From an uncultured Candidatus Rokubacteria bacterium (GTDB taxonomy: Bacteria > Methylomirabilota > Methylomirabilia > Rokubacteriales > CSP1-6), in the NCBI GenBank assembly GCA_963758635.1, contig CAVWWD010000007.1:192001-256000 (forward strand): a stretch of 64,000 nt of DNA. Reading direction: 5' to 3'. The notes under the pieces were generated by a model. That model was not told the DNA's origin, ran no database searches, and was given only the letters and a program-made list of their open reading frames with translations. Position 1 is the first letter of the stretch. Every line of letters begins with the position of its first letter. Shown one piece after another: positions 31,699 to 41,549 of the stretch. The position numbers and the translations under genes are program-made.

Positions 31699-32466
31699 AC
31701 CGGGAGCAGATCGACGAGCTGGCCGCCGGCTACGCCCTCGGCTGCCTCGACGTCGAGGACCGCGGGCGCTTCGAGGCCCTGCTGCGGTCCGGCGACCCGG
31801 AAGCCGTCGCGAGCCTGCAGGAGTTCCAGGCCGCCGTCGTCGACCTGTCCGCCGCGCACGCGGAGACGCCGCCCCCGCGCGTGCGGGAGACCCTCATGGC
31901 GCGTATCGCCGAGGAGCGACGGGCCGCGCCGCCCGTCGTGACGGCGCCGCCCCGGCCGCGACGGCGCTTCTGGCCGGTCGTCGTGGGCGGGCGCGATGGC
32001 GGCGGGCATCGCGGCCATCGCGGTGGGGCTCGCGGTGTCGACGAGCTACGAGCGGCGGGTCGCCGAGCTCTCGCGCGAGGCGACGGCGCTGCGCGACGAG
32101 CTCGAGCGACAGCAGGGGCTGGTGGCGATCCTGCGCGATCCGACCACGCAGGTGGTGACGCTGGCCGGCCAGGCGGCGAGCCCGGAGGCCCGCGGCCGCA
32201 TGCTCTGGCACGTCAAGGCCGGCGGCCTCCTCGTCAGCGCGGGACTGCCCGCGCCGCCCGCGGGCAAGACGTACCAGCTCTGGGCCATCGCGGACGCCAA
32301 GCCGATCCCGGCCGGCGTGTTCTCCGTGGACGCCGCGGGCACGGCGAGCCTCCGCGTGGCGCCGCTGCCGGGCGTGTCGCGCGTGGATGCCTTCGCCGTC
32401 ACGCTCGAGCCCGCCGGCGGCCTTCCCGCGCCGTCGGGGCCGATGTACCTGATCGGGAAGTCCTGA
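31695..32466 (+). CDS. Anti-sigma factor, RskA family (apparent frameshift near 31985)
   Basis: LAAGYALG, PPPRVR, TM helix, TYQLWAI, PAGVF, FAVTLEPAGG..P. Confidence 0.88.
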
Positions 32467-32508
32467 GCCTCACCCAGCCACGCGGCGGCCGGCGCCGCCG
32501 GGAAGCAC

Positions 32509-34437
32509 CTAGCCCCTTCGGCCGTCCTCGCCTTCGAGCGAGGTGAGAAGGCGGTTGCGCGCCTCGGGCGCCATCGACTCGAGGAGGTGCGCCACGACGA
32601 CCGCGGCCTGGTCGGCGACGCATGGAGCCTCGAGCAGAGCGCGCATGGGGATCTCGACGCGGAGGCGCTCGCACACCCTTGCGGCGATGCGCCCGGCGAC
32701 CAGCAACGTCCCGCCGAGGTCGAGGAACCCGTCGTTGATCCCCACCTCGTCGGGGTCGAGGTCGAGGGTCTCCGCCCAGATGCCGGCCACCGTCTCCTCC
32801 ACCGGCGTGCGGGGCGCGACCCTCCGGCCGGCAAGCGGTGGGCGCGCTCGGCCTGGAGCGGGCAGAGCCCGCCGATCGACCTTTCCGTTCGGGGTGCGCG
32901 GGAACGCCGGCATGAACACGAAGGCCGACGGCACGTTGGCCCCGCCCAGGGTTCGCTGCAGGAACTCGCGGAGGTCGCTCACCGGGGGTGGGCCCGGCAT
33001 CCGCGGCACGACGTGCGCGACGAGCCGCTGATCGCCCGGCCGGTCCTCGCGCACGCTGACCACGGCTCCCGAGATGGCGGGATGCTGGAGCAGCGTCATC
33101 TCGACCTCCCGCGTGTCCACGAAGCTACCGCGAAGCTTCACGCGTGCGTCCTTCCGTCCGAGGTGCACGAGGCACCCGTCGGGGAGGAGCTGACCGAGGT
33201 CCCGCGTGAGGCAGATGCGGCGGGCACCGCCGTCAGGGTCGGGCAGGAACACCTGCGCCTCGTGATCGGGGCGGCGCCAGTAGCCCAGAGCGAGGAACTC
33301 GCTGCGGACGGCGATCTCGCCGACCTCGCCGGGCGCCACCGGGCGACGATCCTCGTCGAGCAGCAGGATCTCCTTGTCCGGCAGCGGGTAGCCCACGGGC
33401 GCGGACGACGGCCCGAGCGGTGTCGCCTCGTCGAGGACCACCTCCACCAGGGACCCCGCCTCGCTGGTGCTGAGCCCCGTCACGACCTCCGCCGATGGGA
33501 AGAGCGCACGGCATGCCTGCACGTCGCTCGAGAGGACAGTCTCGCTCTGGAGCCAGACACGGCGGAGCCTGGGAAAGCTCTCCGGCCCGGCCGGCGACGC
33601 CGCGAAGTGACGGAGCACCGACGCCGCGAACCCGCACAAGGTGATGCCCTCGCGCGCGAGCCATGGGAGGAGCGCGTCCACTCGCTCGCCGCGGACGTCG
33701 AACGGAAAGACCGCCCCGCCGGTCAGGAGGGCACCGAAGATCCGACGGAAGGACGCGCCGACCGCCACCGACTGGAGCAGGGCGACACGATCCGCGGGAG
33801 TCATGCGTGCGCGGTTGACGACCAGCCACACCCGGTGCAGGAGTCCCCGGTGGTCCCACATGACGCCTCGAGGCTGGCCGGTGGACCCCGAGGTGTAGGA
33901 GATGCTCGCGAGCGCCCGCGCCGACACATCGACGCCTGGCGACGGCCGCGGATCCGCGAGGTGCAGGACGCCCGCGTCGAGCACCTCGCAGTCCGCGGGG
34001 GCCACTGCCCGTGCGCGCCCGACCTCGGTGCCGTCGGCGACGACGGCGCGGGCGCCCGCGTCCCCCAGGATCGCGGCGAGGCGCTCCGGGGCATGGTGCG
34101 GATCCAGGGCGACGTACGCCTTACCAGCCTTGAGCACCCCGAGGATCGCCCCCAGCACGAGGGCGTCGTGGGGGAAGAGGAGGGCGATGGGCTCCAGGCC
34201 GGGGCCGCGGCTCGCCAGAACGGCGTGGGCCACCGCGTTGGCCAGTCGGTCCATGTCCGCGTAGGTCAGCGAATGGCGCGGCCCCTGCGCGGCGACGCGG
34301 TGGGGGAAGCGCGCGGCCTGTCGCTCGAACAGCGCGCCGATGGGCTCGTCGAGGGCGCTCCTCGGGAACTCCGCGAACGCCACCTCGCCCTCGAGAGCCC
34401 CCGCCGTTCCTCGGTGCGCGCCCCCCTCGGTCGTCAT
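32509..34437 (-). CDS. Stand-alone NRPS-like adenylation plus carrier (A-PCP) protein
   Basis: YTSGSTGQPRG, GRKD..VKLRG, PRTPNGKVDR, PRTPVE...FLDLGG. Confidence 0.85.
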   Translation of the reverse strand: MTTEGGAHRGTAGALEGEVAFAEFPRSALDEPIGALFERQAARFPHRVAAQGPRHSLTYADMDRLANAVAHAVLASRGPGLEPIALLFPHDALVLGAILGVLKAGKAYVALDPHHAPERLAAILGDAGARAVVADGTEVGRARAVAPADCEVLDAGVLHLADPRPSPGVDVSARALASISYTSGSTGQPRGVMWDHRGLLHRVWLVVNRARMTPADRVALLQSVAVGASFRRIFGALLTGGAVFPFDVRGERVDALLPWLAREGITLCGFAASVLRHFAASPAGPESFPRLRRVWLQSETVLSSDVQACRALFPSAEVVTGLSTSEAGSLVEVVLDEATPLGPSSAPVGYPLPDKEILLLDEDRRPVAPGEVGEIAVRSEFLALGYWRRPDHEAQVFLPDPDGGARRICLTRDLGQLLPDGCLVHLGRKDARVKLRGSFVDTREVEMTLLQHPAISGAVVSVREDRPGDQRLVAHVVPRMPGPPPVSDLREFLQRTLGGANVPSAFVFMPAFPRTPNGKVDRRALPAPGRARPPLAGRRVAPRTPVEETVAGIWAETLDLDPDEVGINDGFLDLGGTLLVAGRIAARVCERLRVEIPMRALLEAPCVADQAAVVVAHLLESMAPEARNRLLTSLEGEDGRRG

Positions 34438-34994
34438 CGCGCGCGCCGGCGCGCGGCGTGCAGCACGGCGATCACCGTCATCGAGTCCTTGATCTCGCCC
34501 TGCTCGACCATGCGGAGGACGTCGGCGAACGGGAAGGCGCGGACCTCGATGAACTCGGTGGCGTCGGGCGGCCGCGCCGCGGGGCGCAGGTCCTCCGCGA
34601 CGTACAGGTGGGCGATCTCGTGCAGGATGCTCTTGGACGTGTGGAAGTCGCAGAGCTTGACGAGCCGGCCCGCCTCGTGACCCGTCTCCTCGGCGAGCTC
34701 GCGCTGGGCCGCCGCCTCGAGCGTCTCGTCGCCGTGCTGGGCGCCGGTGGGCATCTCCCACAGGAAGTCGCGGAAGACGTAGCGGTACTGCCCCACGAGG
34801 AGCACGGTGTCGGCGTCCACGAAGGGCAGCACGCCCACGCAGCCCGCGCACTGGACGACGCCGTAGATGGTGGTCCGGCCGTCGGGGAGCTCCGCGATGT
34901 CCTCGCGCACCTTGATCCAGGCGTTCTCGTACACGGGGCGGCTGGACGTCGTCTTCCACGGCGTGCGGGCCCAGGCGCTCGTGCGCTCGGTCAT
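34434..34994 (-). CDS. NUDIX hydrolase (ADP-ribose pyrophosphatase-like)
   Basis: QYRY, EMPTG...AAQRELAEETG Nudix box. Confidence 0.9.
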   Translation of the reverse strand: MTERTSAWARTPWKTTSSRPVYENAWIKVREDIAELPDGRTTIYGVVQCAGCVGVLPFVDADTVLLVGQYRYVFRDFLWEMPTGAQHGDETLEAAAQRELAEETGHEAGRLVKLCDFHTSKSILHEIAHLYVAEDLRPAARPPDATEFIEVRAFPFADVLRMVEQGEIKDSMTVIAVLHAARRRAR

Positions 34995-35135
34995 GCGGTC
35001 TCCTTGTACCATGCGCCGGGTCCGTCACGAGCGATTGTGCCCCTCGCCCGCCGCGCTATAATCGCTGAACATTCCGATGCGCGAGGTCATGTCCATGTCG
35101 TGGTCCGCCGTGCTCGACCCCTCCGAGGCCTCCCG

Positions 35136-35357
35136 GTGAAGGTCATCCTGCGCTATCCCAAGCGTGAGGTCGACGTGCCCGGGCGGCGTCGCGTGAAGGA
35201 GCTCCTCAAGGAGCTCGACGTGCTGCCCGAGACCGTGCTCGTGATCCGCGGCTCCGAGCTGCTCACCTCCGACTCCGTGGTGGGGGGCGACGACGTCATC
35301 GAGCTGCGCCCCGTGATCTCGGGCGGCGCGCCGGAGCGCGGAGCGGGCCGGCCGTGA
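35136..35357 (+). CDS. ttuB: MoaD/ThiS-family sulfur carrier (TtuB-like)
   Basis: VKELLKELDV.PETVLVIRG.ELLT.D...IELRPVISGG; overlaps ttuA. Confidence 0.75.
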   Translation: MKVILRYPKREVDVPGRRRVKELLKELDVLPETVLVIRGSELLTSDSVVGGDDVIELRPVISGGAPERGAGRP

Positions 35358-36289
35358 AGTGCCGCAAGTGCGGTGACACCGCGGCGCTCGAGCTCCGGCG
35401 CCACAACGCCGCCTTCTGCACGCCGCACTTCGTCGAGTTCTTCCGCAAGCAGGTGCGCGAGGCGATCCGCCAGCACCGCATGTTCGGCCCCGACGAGCGG
35501 ATCCTGGTCGCGGTGTCGGGCGGCAAGGACTCGCTCGCCCTGTGGGACGTGCTCCTCGAGGAGGGCTACGCCACGGCGGGCCTCTACCTCGACCTCGGCA
35601 TCTTCGACTACTCGGTGGAGTCGCGCGCCCGGTGCGAGGAGTTCGCGGCGGCGCGCGGCCAGAAGCTGATCGTGGAGCGTGTGGAGGAGGCGGTGGGAGC
35701 GCCCATCCCGATCGTGCAGAAGGTGACGCGGCGGCCGACGTGCTCCGCCTGCGGGCTGAGCAAGCGCTACCTGATGAACCGCGCCGCGCTCACCCACGGC
35801 TACGCGGTCGTGGCCACCGGCCACAACCTGGACGACGAGGCGGCCACGCTCTTCGGCTCGGTCATGCACTGGCAGACCGACGCGCTGCCCCGCCAGTCGC
35901 CCATGCTGCCGTCCACCCATCCCAAGCTGGTCCGGCGGGTGAAGCCGCTCTACCGGCTGTCGGAGCGGGAGACCGCGGCCTACGCGTTCCTGCGCGGCAT
36001 CGACTACATCGTGGAGGAGTGCCCGTTCGCGGCGGGGGCCACGTCCATCGCGCACAAGGAAGTGCTGAACCGCCTGGAGGAGGCCTCGCCAGGCGCCAAG
36101 CACAACTTCCTCTTCGGCTTCCTCGAGAAGGCGCGGCCGGCCTTCGAGCGGATGGAATCGGTCACGCTCGTCGAGTGCTCCTCGTGCGGGCAGGTGACCA
36201 CGGGGGAGCTGTGCGCCTTCTGCAAGCTCGCCGACCACGTCCGGCGCTCCACGGCCGGCGTTCCACGTCCTGAACGTCCCAGCGCCTGA
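35354..36289 (+). CDS. ttuA: tRNA 2-thiolation sulfurtransferase (TtuA/Ncs6 family)
   Basis: N- and C-terminal Zn fingers, SGGKDS PP-loop, CSAC, TGHNLDD, ECP. Confidence 0.85.
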   Translation: MKCRKCGDTAALELRRHNAAFCTPHFVEFFRKQVREAIRQHRMFGPDERILVAVSGGKDSLALWDVLLEEGYATAGLYLDLGIFDYSVESRARCEEFAAARGQKLIVERVEEAVGAPIPIVQKVTRRPTCSACGLSKRYLMNRAALTHGYAVVATGHNLDDEAATLFGSVMHWQTDALPRQSPMLPSTHPKLVRRVKPLYRLSERETAAYAFLRGIDYIVEECPFAAGATSIAHKEVLNRLEEASPGAKHNFLFGFLEKARPAFERMESVTLVECSSCGQVTTGELCAFCKLADHVRRSTAGVPRPERPSA

Positions 36290-36328
36290 CCGTTTCCTGG
36301 GCGAGACGCATCCAGCGGGAGGAGAGCG

Positions 36329-37479
36329 ATGCACAACGCGGTGATCGTGGGAGCGGTCCGGACGGCGGTGGGACGGAGGAACGGCGCGCTCGCGGGGGTC
36401 CGCCCCGACGACCTGCTGGCCGACACGCTCAAGGCGCTCGTGGAGCGCGTGAAGATCGATCCCGCCGAGGTCGAGGACGTGGTGATCGGCTGCGTGGACC
36501 AGGTGGGCGAGCAGGGGATGAACATCGCGCGCAACGCCGCCCTCATCGCGGGGTTCCCGCTCGAACGTCTGCGGGACCACCCTCGATCGGATGTGCGGGT
36601 CCGGCCAGCAGGCGGCGAACTTCGCGGCGATGGGCGTGATGGCCGGGCAGTACGACTGCGTGATCGCCGGCGGGGTCGAGAGCATGACGCGCGTGCCCAT
36701 GGGCGCCAACGCGCATGGGCCCCGGCGAAGGGCCGCTGTCGCCGCGGCTGCAGGCTCTGTACGACATCGTGCCCCAGGGGCTGTCCGCGGAGCTGATCGC
36801 GGAGCGGTGGGGCCTCAAGCGTGAGGAGCTCGACGAGCTTTCCGCGCAGAGCCACGAGAAGGCCGGCCGGGCCATCGCCGAGGGACGGTTCACGCGGGAG
36901 ATCGTCCCCGTCGCCCTGCCCGCCGGCTCCGTGTTCGACACCGACGAGGGCGTGCGCGTGCCCGTGAACCGGGAGAAGATGGCGGCCCTCGCCCCGTCGT
37001 TCAAGACGGACGGCGTCATCACCGCCGCGAACTCCTCCCAGATCTCGGACGGCGCGGCCGCGCTCCTGATCATGTCCGAGGAGCGCGCGAAGGCGCTCGG
37101 GCTCACGCCGCGGGCGCGGATCGTCGCCACCGCGCTGGCCGGCGTGGATCCCACGATCATGCTCACCGGGCCGATCCCGTCCACGCAGCGCGTGCTCCGG
37201 AAGGCCGGACTCACCCTGGACAAGATGGACCGCGTCGAGATCAACGAGGCCTTCGCGTCCGTCGTCCTGGCCTGGGAGCGAGAGCTCCATCCGGACATGG
37301 CGCGGGTCAACGTCAACGGTGGGGCCATCGCGCTCGGCCATCCGCTCGGGTGCTCGGGCGCGAAGCTGATGACCTCGCTCCTCCACGAGCTCGAGCGGAG
37401 CCGCGGCCGCTACGGGCTCCAGACGATGTGCATCGGCTTCGGGCAGGGCATCGCCACCATCATCGAGCGGCTGGGCTAG
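36329..37479 (+). CDS. Thiolase (acetyl-CoA C-acyltransferase), apparent frameshifts near 36565 and 36715
   Basis: [43 protein letters not shown]. Confidence 0.88.
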
Positions 37480-39045
37480 GCGACCGGGGTCTCGAGCGCG
37501 GCCGTCGCCATGCCGGCTCCTGGCAGCGTGATCGAGAAGCTCACCTCGCTCCGGCTGTGGCGGACCTCCAGACGCCCGCCCTGCGCCTCGACGATGCGCT
37601 GGCTCACGCACGGCCCCACGTCGATCAGGTTCTCCTGCACCACCTGGATCGGATCGAAGATTGCGCGCAGCTCGTCGGCGCGTACGTCCGCCGTCCGGGA
37701 CGCCACCGTGATGCGCACGCGGTCCTCCTTCTCCAGCCGGGCGATGGAGACGGCCAGCTTGGCGTCCTGCTCCGGCGTCCTCCGCAGCAGGTAAAAGATC
37801 AGATAGGACACCGCCCGCGCGAGCATCGTGCGGTCGCCCCGGACGATGAACGACGTCCCCTCGGCGGAGAACGTGGCGGAGACCTGCTTCTGCGTGGACT
37901 CGTCGGAGAACGCGAGGAGATACGCGTCCTCCCGCGCCCCGAGGGCGGGCTGGGCGCCCAGCTCGGCAAGGCAGTCCTCCACGACCGTGCGGGCGTTGAC
38001 CGACTCGACCTTGTACGGCCCCTCGTTCGCGAGCGCGGTCAGCGTCTCGAACATCTGCACGAGGCGCCGGACGTCCCGGCCCACCACCGACGCGAAGTGA
38101 TGCCGGAACGCGGTGTCGTCGTAGCGCTCCTCGAGGAGCTCCATGAACGTGCGGATCGACACCAGGGGGTTCTTGATCTCGTCGGCGATGCGCGCGACGA
38201 CGCGGGTGAGGAGCTGGAGCTGCTCGGCCTCCCGGCGCTCGCGGGCGACCTGCCGCTGGCTGGTGAGGTCCTCGAAGAGGAGGACGGCGCCGATGGGCGC
38301 CAAGCCGTCGCCGAGCACGGGATAGGTCGAGACCTCGAGCGGCAGGCGGCGCAGGGCGAGATGCACCTCTTCCCGGTTCACCGCGCGGCGCCGGCTGAGG
38401 GCCTCGAAGAGCATGTCCCCGAGCGGCGAGGGGAGCGTGCGGAGGTCCCGATGGAGCACGTCGCGCGCGGCGAGCCCCAGGATCTCCTCGGCGCGGCGGT
38501 TCGCCGTCGGCGGCGAGGCTCACGGACTTCACCACGTGGGGCGCGAGGCCCCGATTCGCCGCCACGACGCGCCACCTGCAGGCCGTGTTGCGGCAAGCGG
38601 CGGAGCAAACTCCACCTGCTTCGGGAGGTGGTGGCGCTGCGCGGCTCACACGCGGCCCTCGGCAGCGGGCGCGTCTTCGCGGAGAGCGCCACGCCTGACG
38701 ACGCCGGCGCCGACAGCCCTGGGCCCCTGGGCCACCTCGTGAAGGAGTTCGCCAAGGCGCTGTCGGCGGGCTTCGACCTCCCTCGCCTCCTCGACCTTTC
38801 CATCGCGGTCTCGCGGCGGCTGTAGGCCCCGCCGGTCACACGCCGCCCCAGCGTGAGGATCGCCACCAGCTCGCCGTGCGACATGAGCGGAACGCCGATC
38901 ACGGCCTGGAGCAGGGCGAGATCGCCCGCCACCTCGCGGGCGCACTCTCGTCGGTGTCCGCCGAGAAGATGGAGCTGCCGTCGAGGCTTCGTGCGAGGCG
39001 GGCCCGCAGCGCCTCGTCGTTGCCGACGAGGAGGACCGTCCTCAC
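37476..39045 (-). pseudogene. Rearranged receiver-like/GAF/PAS/histidine-kinase-like gene with degenerate kinase motifs
   Basis: GTG start at 39045 (MRTVLLVGND), GAF piece 38805-38940, inverted piece ~38600-38800, intact C-terminal frame 37476-38459 with ADEIKNP. Confidence 0.65.
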
Positions 39046-41477
39046 GCGAAGGTCGACGCCGAGGACGTCACGATCACCGGAAACTCCAGGGTGAACGTGC
39101 TGCCCGGGCGCCCGATGTGGTTCCTGGCCACCAGCGTGGCGCGGTGCGCGTCGGCGATGCTCCGGCAGATGGCGAGGCCGAGACCGGAGCCGCGGGCCTT
39201 GGTCGTCACGAACGGGTTGAAGATGTTAGGCAGGAGGTCTTCCGCGATCCCGGTTCCCGTGTCGGAGACCTCCACGAGCAGTGTGGTTCCCCCTGCGGCG
39301 CAGAGGTCGGCCAGCCGGATGGTGAGCTCGCCCCCGGTTTCCATGGCCTCGAGCGCATTCAAGCACACGTTCAAGAAAAGCTGTTCCAACTGAGATGCAT
39401 CGCCCAGCACGGGCCGAGTCGGCCCGTCCGCGACGTACCGCAGACGCATCTGCCGTTGTTCCATCTGCCCGCGGAGGAGCTCGATGGTGGCCCGAAGCGG
39501 CTCGGCCACATTTACCTCCACGAGCGACCGCGAAGGCGGGGCGGCGAGCGTCCGGAGCCGTCCGAGCAGGTCCTCGATTCGCGAGACCTCACGGTCGGTG
39601 ACGCGCGCCACGTCCTGGCCGAAGCTCGGGTCGCCGACGCGGGAGGGCAGGAGCTGCGTGAACGTCTTGATGGCGACAAGCGGATTGCGGATCTCGTGCA
39701 CGAGACCAGACGCGAGCGCTTCCAGCGCGGCGAGCCGCTCGACACGCCGCTTCTCCCGCTCGAGCTCCTTGAGACGGGAGAGGTCGCTCACGACGGCAAC
39801 CGCGCCCGTGAGGGTGCCGTCCGAGGTCCGGAGCGGCGCCGTCGAGCACATGAGCGGCACGACCTGGCCAGCCGCGTCAGGCAGCGCCATCTCGATCTGC
39901 GAGCGCGACTGCCCGTCGGCGAGGGTGTCCTCGAGCAGCTGCGCCAGCGGTCCGCGCAGGTGGCCGATCGGCTGGCCCCGCAGGCCGTCGGCCGGCGTCC
40001 CCGTCATCACCTCCGCGGCCCGATTGAACAGCCGGATCCGGCCGCGCGCGCTAACTGAGATCACCCCGCTCTCGATCGTGGCGAGGATCTTCTGGATATA
40101 CTCGTTGGCCTCGAGGACCTGCTGGTGCGTCTGCGCATTTCGGATGGCCACCGCCGACTGATTCGCGAGCGTGGTCAACAGGTCCGCGTCGTCGCTGTAG
40201 TACGGATCGCCCGACCGCTTCGGGCCGATGGCAAGCAGCCCGAATACGCGTTCCTCGGCCAGGAGCGCGATCACGACCTCACTGCCCAGCTGTTGCATCT
40301 CGGCAAGGGCAGGCTCGCCTGTCCCGAGCTCGTCGCGGAAGACCGGCTTGCCCTCCCGCGCCGTCGCGGTGACGAGCGCCGTGTCCACCGGCAGGGGGTC
40401 GCGCCACCCGATCGATCTCGCCACGAACGCGCGCCGGAACTCCCCGTCTTCCTCGTCCAGCAGGTAGATGGCATACCCTTCCGGCCGCAGCGTCGTGTCC
40501 ACGACGTGGCCAAGCCGTTCCAGCAGAGCAGGCAGCGCGATCGTCGTGCTCAGCGCTCGGCTCGCCTGGCTGATGGTCTGCTTGTAGTCGTAAGGTTCGC
40601 GGTAGAGGTACCGATCGAACGCACGCTGGATGCGGTCCTTGAGGGGTTGAAACAATAGTGCGACTAGCAATGCCAACAAAATCTCCCGTAGAGAAACCTG
40701 CTGCGTCTCTGATCCGAGGGTATTGGACAGCGCTAGAAGTGCTAGAAGTACTCCCCCAGCAACTACGCAGGCGGCGAGATAGACTGCACCTCGTTTCACT
40801 ACCACGCGCACATCCATGAGGCGATGTCTGATGATCGAATGTGCGACGATGCCTACCATCACGATCGTGAAGCAAGGCCCGTAGTGTCCCAGCGCATAGA
40901 TCTGAAAGAAGAGCGGGAGGAGGAGATTCGTCGTGGTCCCCACAACGATGGGAATACCAAGAGCCCAAAGAAGACGTTTCAGATGGGAGCGGTGCGGCCC
41001 ATCGGCGACACGATATCTCGAATAGAGCAGGCCTATCGCATACGCGAAGCACAACAACACATGAAGTGCGAAGGCCACATAGATTGGGCCTTGTGTGATG
41101 CGCGAACTACCGGTGCTCCGGTCGAGTGACGCGACGACAAGAGGTGTAAGGGAAAGACCAGAGAGAAGGAAGGACACCGGAGTAAGGAGGGCAAGAGATC
41201 GCTGCCCGTGTTCTGAAGGCGAAAATCTGTTCACGAAGAGGACACTGGTCAAAGGGATCAGACCGCCGATCGCCATCGACAGCCGCGCGCCCTCTAGGTG
41301 GAACGGACCATATCGAGACATCGCGACTACAATGGCCCACAGCCCCGTGGTGGTGGCCATCAATGCGAAGGCGAGCGTGCCCTTGCCTTGGGGCCTCTGC
41401 AGAAAGACATAGATTCCTATTGCTAGATTTAGGATTCCAACGCTTACGAGTGATGTAGCGACCGGTCCGAGCTCCAT
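39042..41477 (-). CDS. Sensor histidine kinase: N-terminal 7TM domain, GAF, PAS, HisKA, HATPase
   Basis: Many TM helices, YSII/HSIIRHRLMD-type junction, GPKRSGDPY, HEIRNPL, LNALEA, DTGTG, FNPFVTTK, GSGLGL. Confidence 0.92.
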   Translation of the reverse strand: MELGPVATSLVSVGILNLAIGIYVFLQRPQGKGTLAFALMATTTGLWAIVVAMSRYGPFHLEGARLSMAIGGLIPLTSVLFVNRFSPSEHGQRSLALLTPVSFLLSGLSLTPLVVASLDRSTGSSRITQGPIYVAFALHVLLCFAYAIGLLYSRYRVADGPHRSHLKRLLWALGIPIVVGTTTNLLLPLFFQIYALGHYGPCFTIVMVGIVAHSIIRHRLMDVRVVVKRGAVYLAACVVAGGVLLALLALSNTLGSETQQVSLREILLALLVALLFQPLKDRIQRAFDRYLYREPYDYKQTISQASRALSTTIALPALLERLGHVVDTTLRPEGYAIYLLDEEDGEFRRAFVARSIGWRDPLPVDTALVTATAREGKPVFRDELGTGEPALAEMQQLGSEVVIALLAEERVFGLLAIGPKRSGDPYYSDDADLLTTLANQSAVAIRNAQTHQQVLEANEYIQKILATIESGVISVSARGRIRLFNRAAEVMTGTPADGLRGQPIGHLRGPLAQLLEDTLADGQSRSQIEMALPDAAGQVVPLMCSTAPLRTSDGTLTGAVAVVSDLSRLKELEREKRRVERLAALEALASGLVHEIRNPLVAIKTFTQLLPSRVGDPSFGQDVARVTDREVSRIEDLLGRLRTLAAPPSRSLVEVNVAEPLRATIELLRGQMEQRQMRLRYVADGPTRPVLGDASQLEQLFLNVCLNALEAMETGGELTIRLADLCAAGGTTLLVEVSDTGTGIAEDLLPNIFNPFVTTKARGSGLGLAICRSIADAHRATLVARNHIGRPGSTFTLEFPVIVTSSASTFA

Positions 41478-41549
41478 AGTTCACCCCGCAGAAAGACGTG
41501 GAGACCCCTTCGGGTCTAGTGTTGCGTAACGTAGATCGAGTTAACACTA

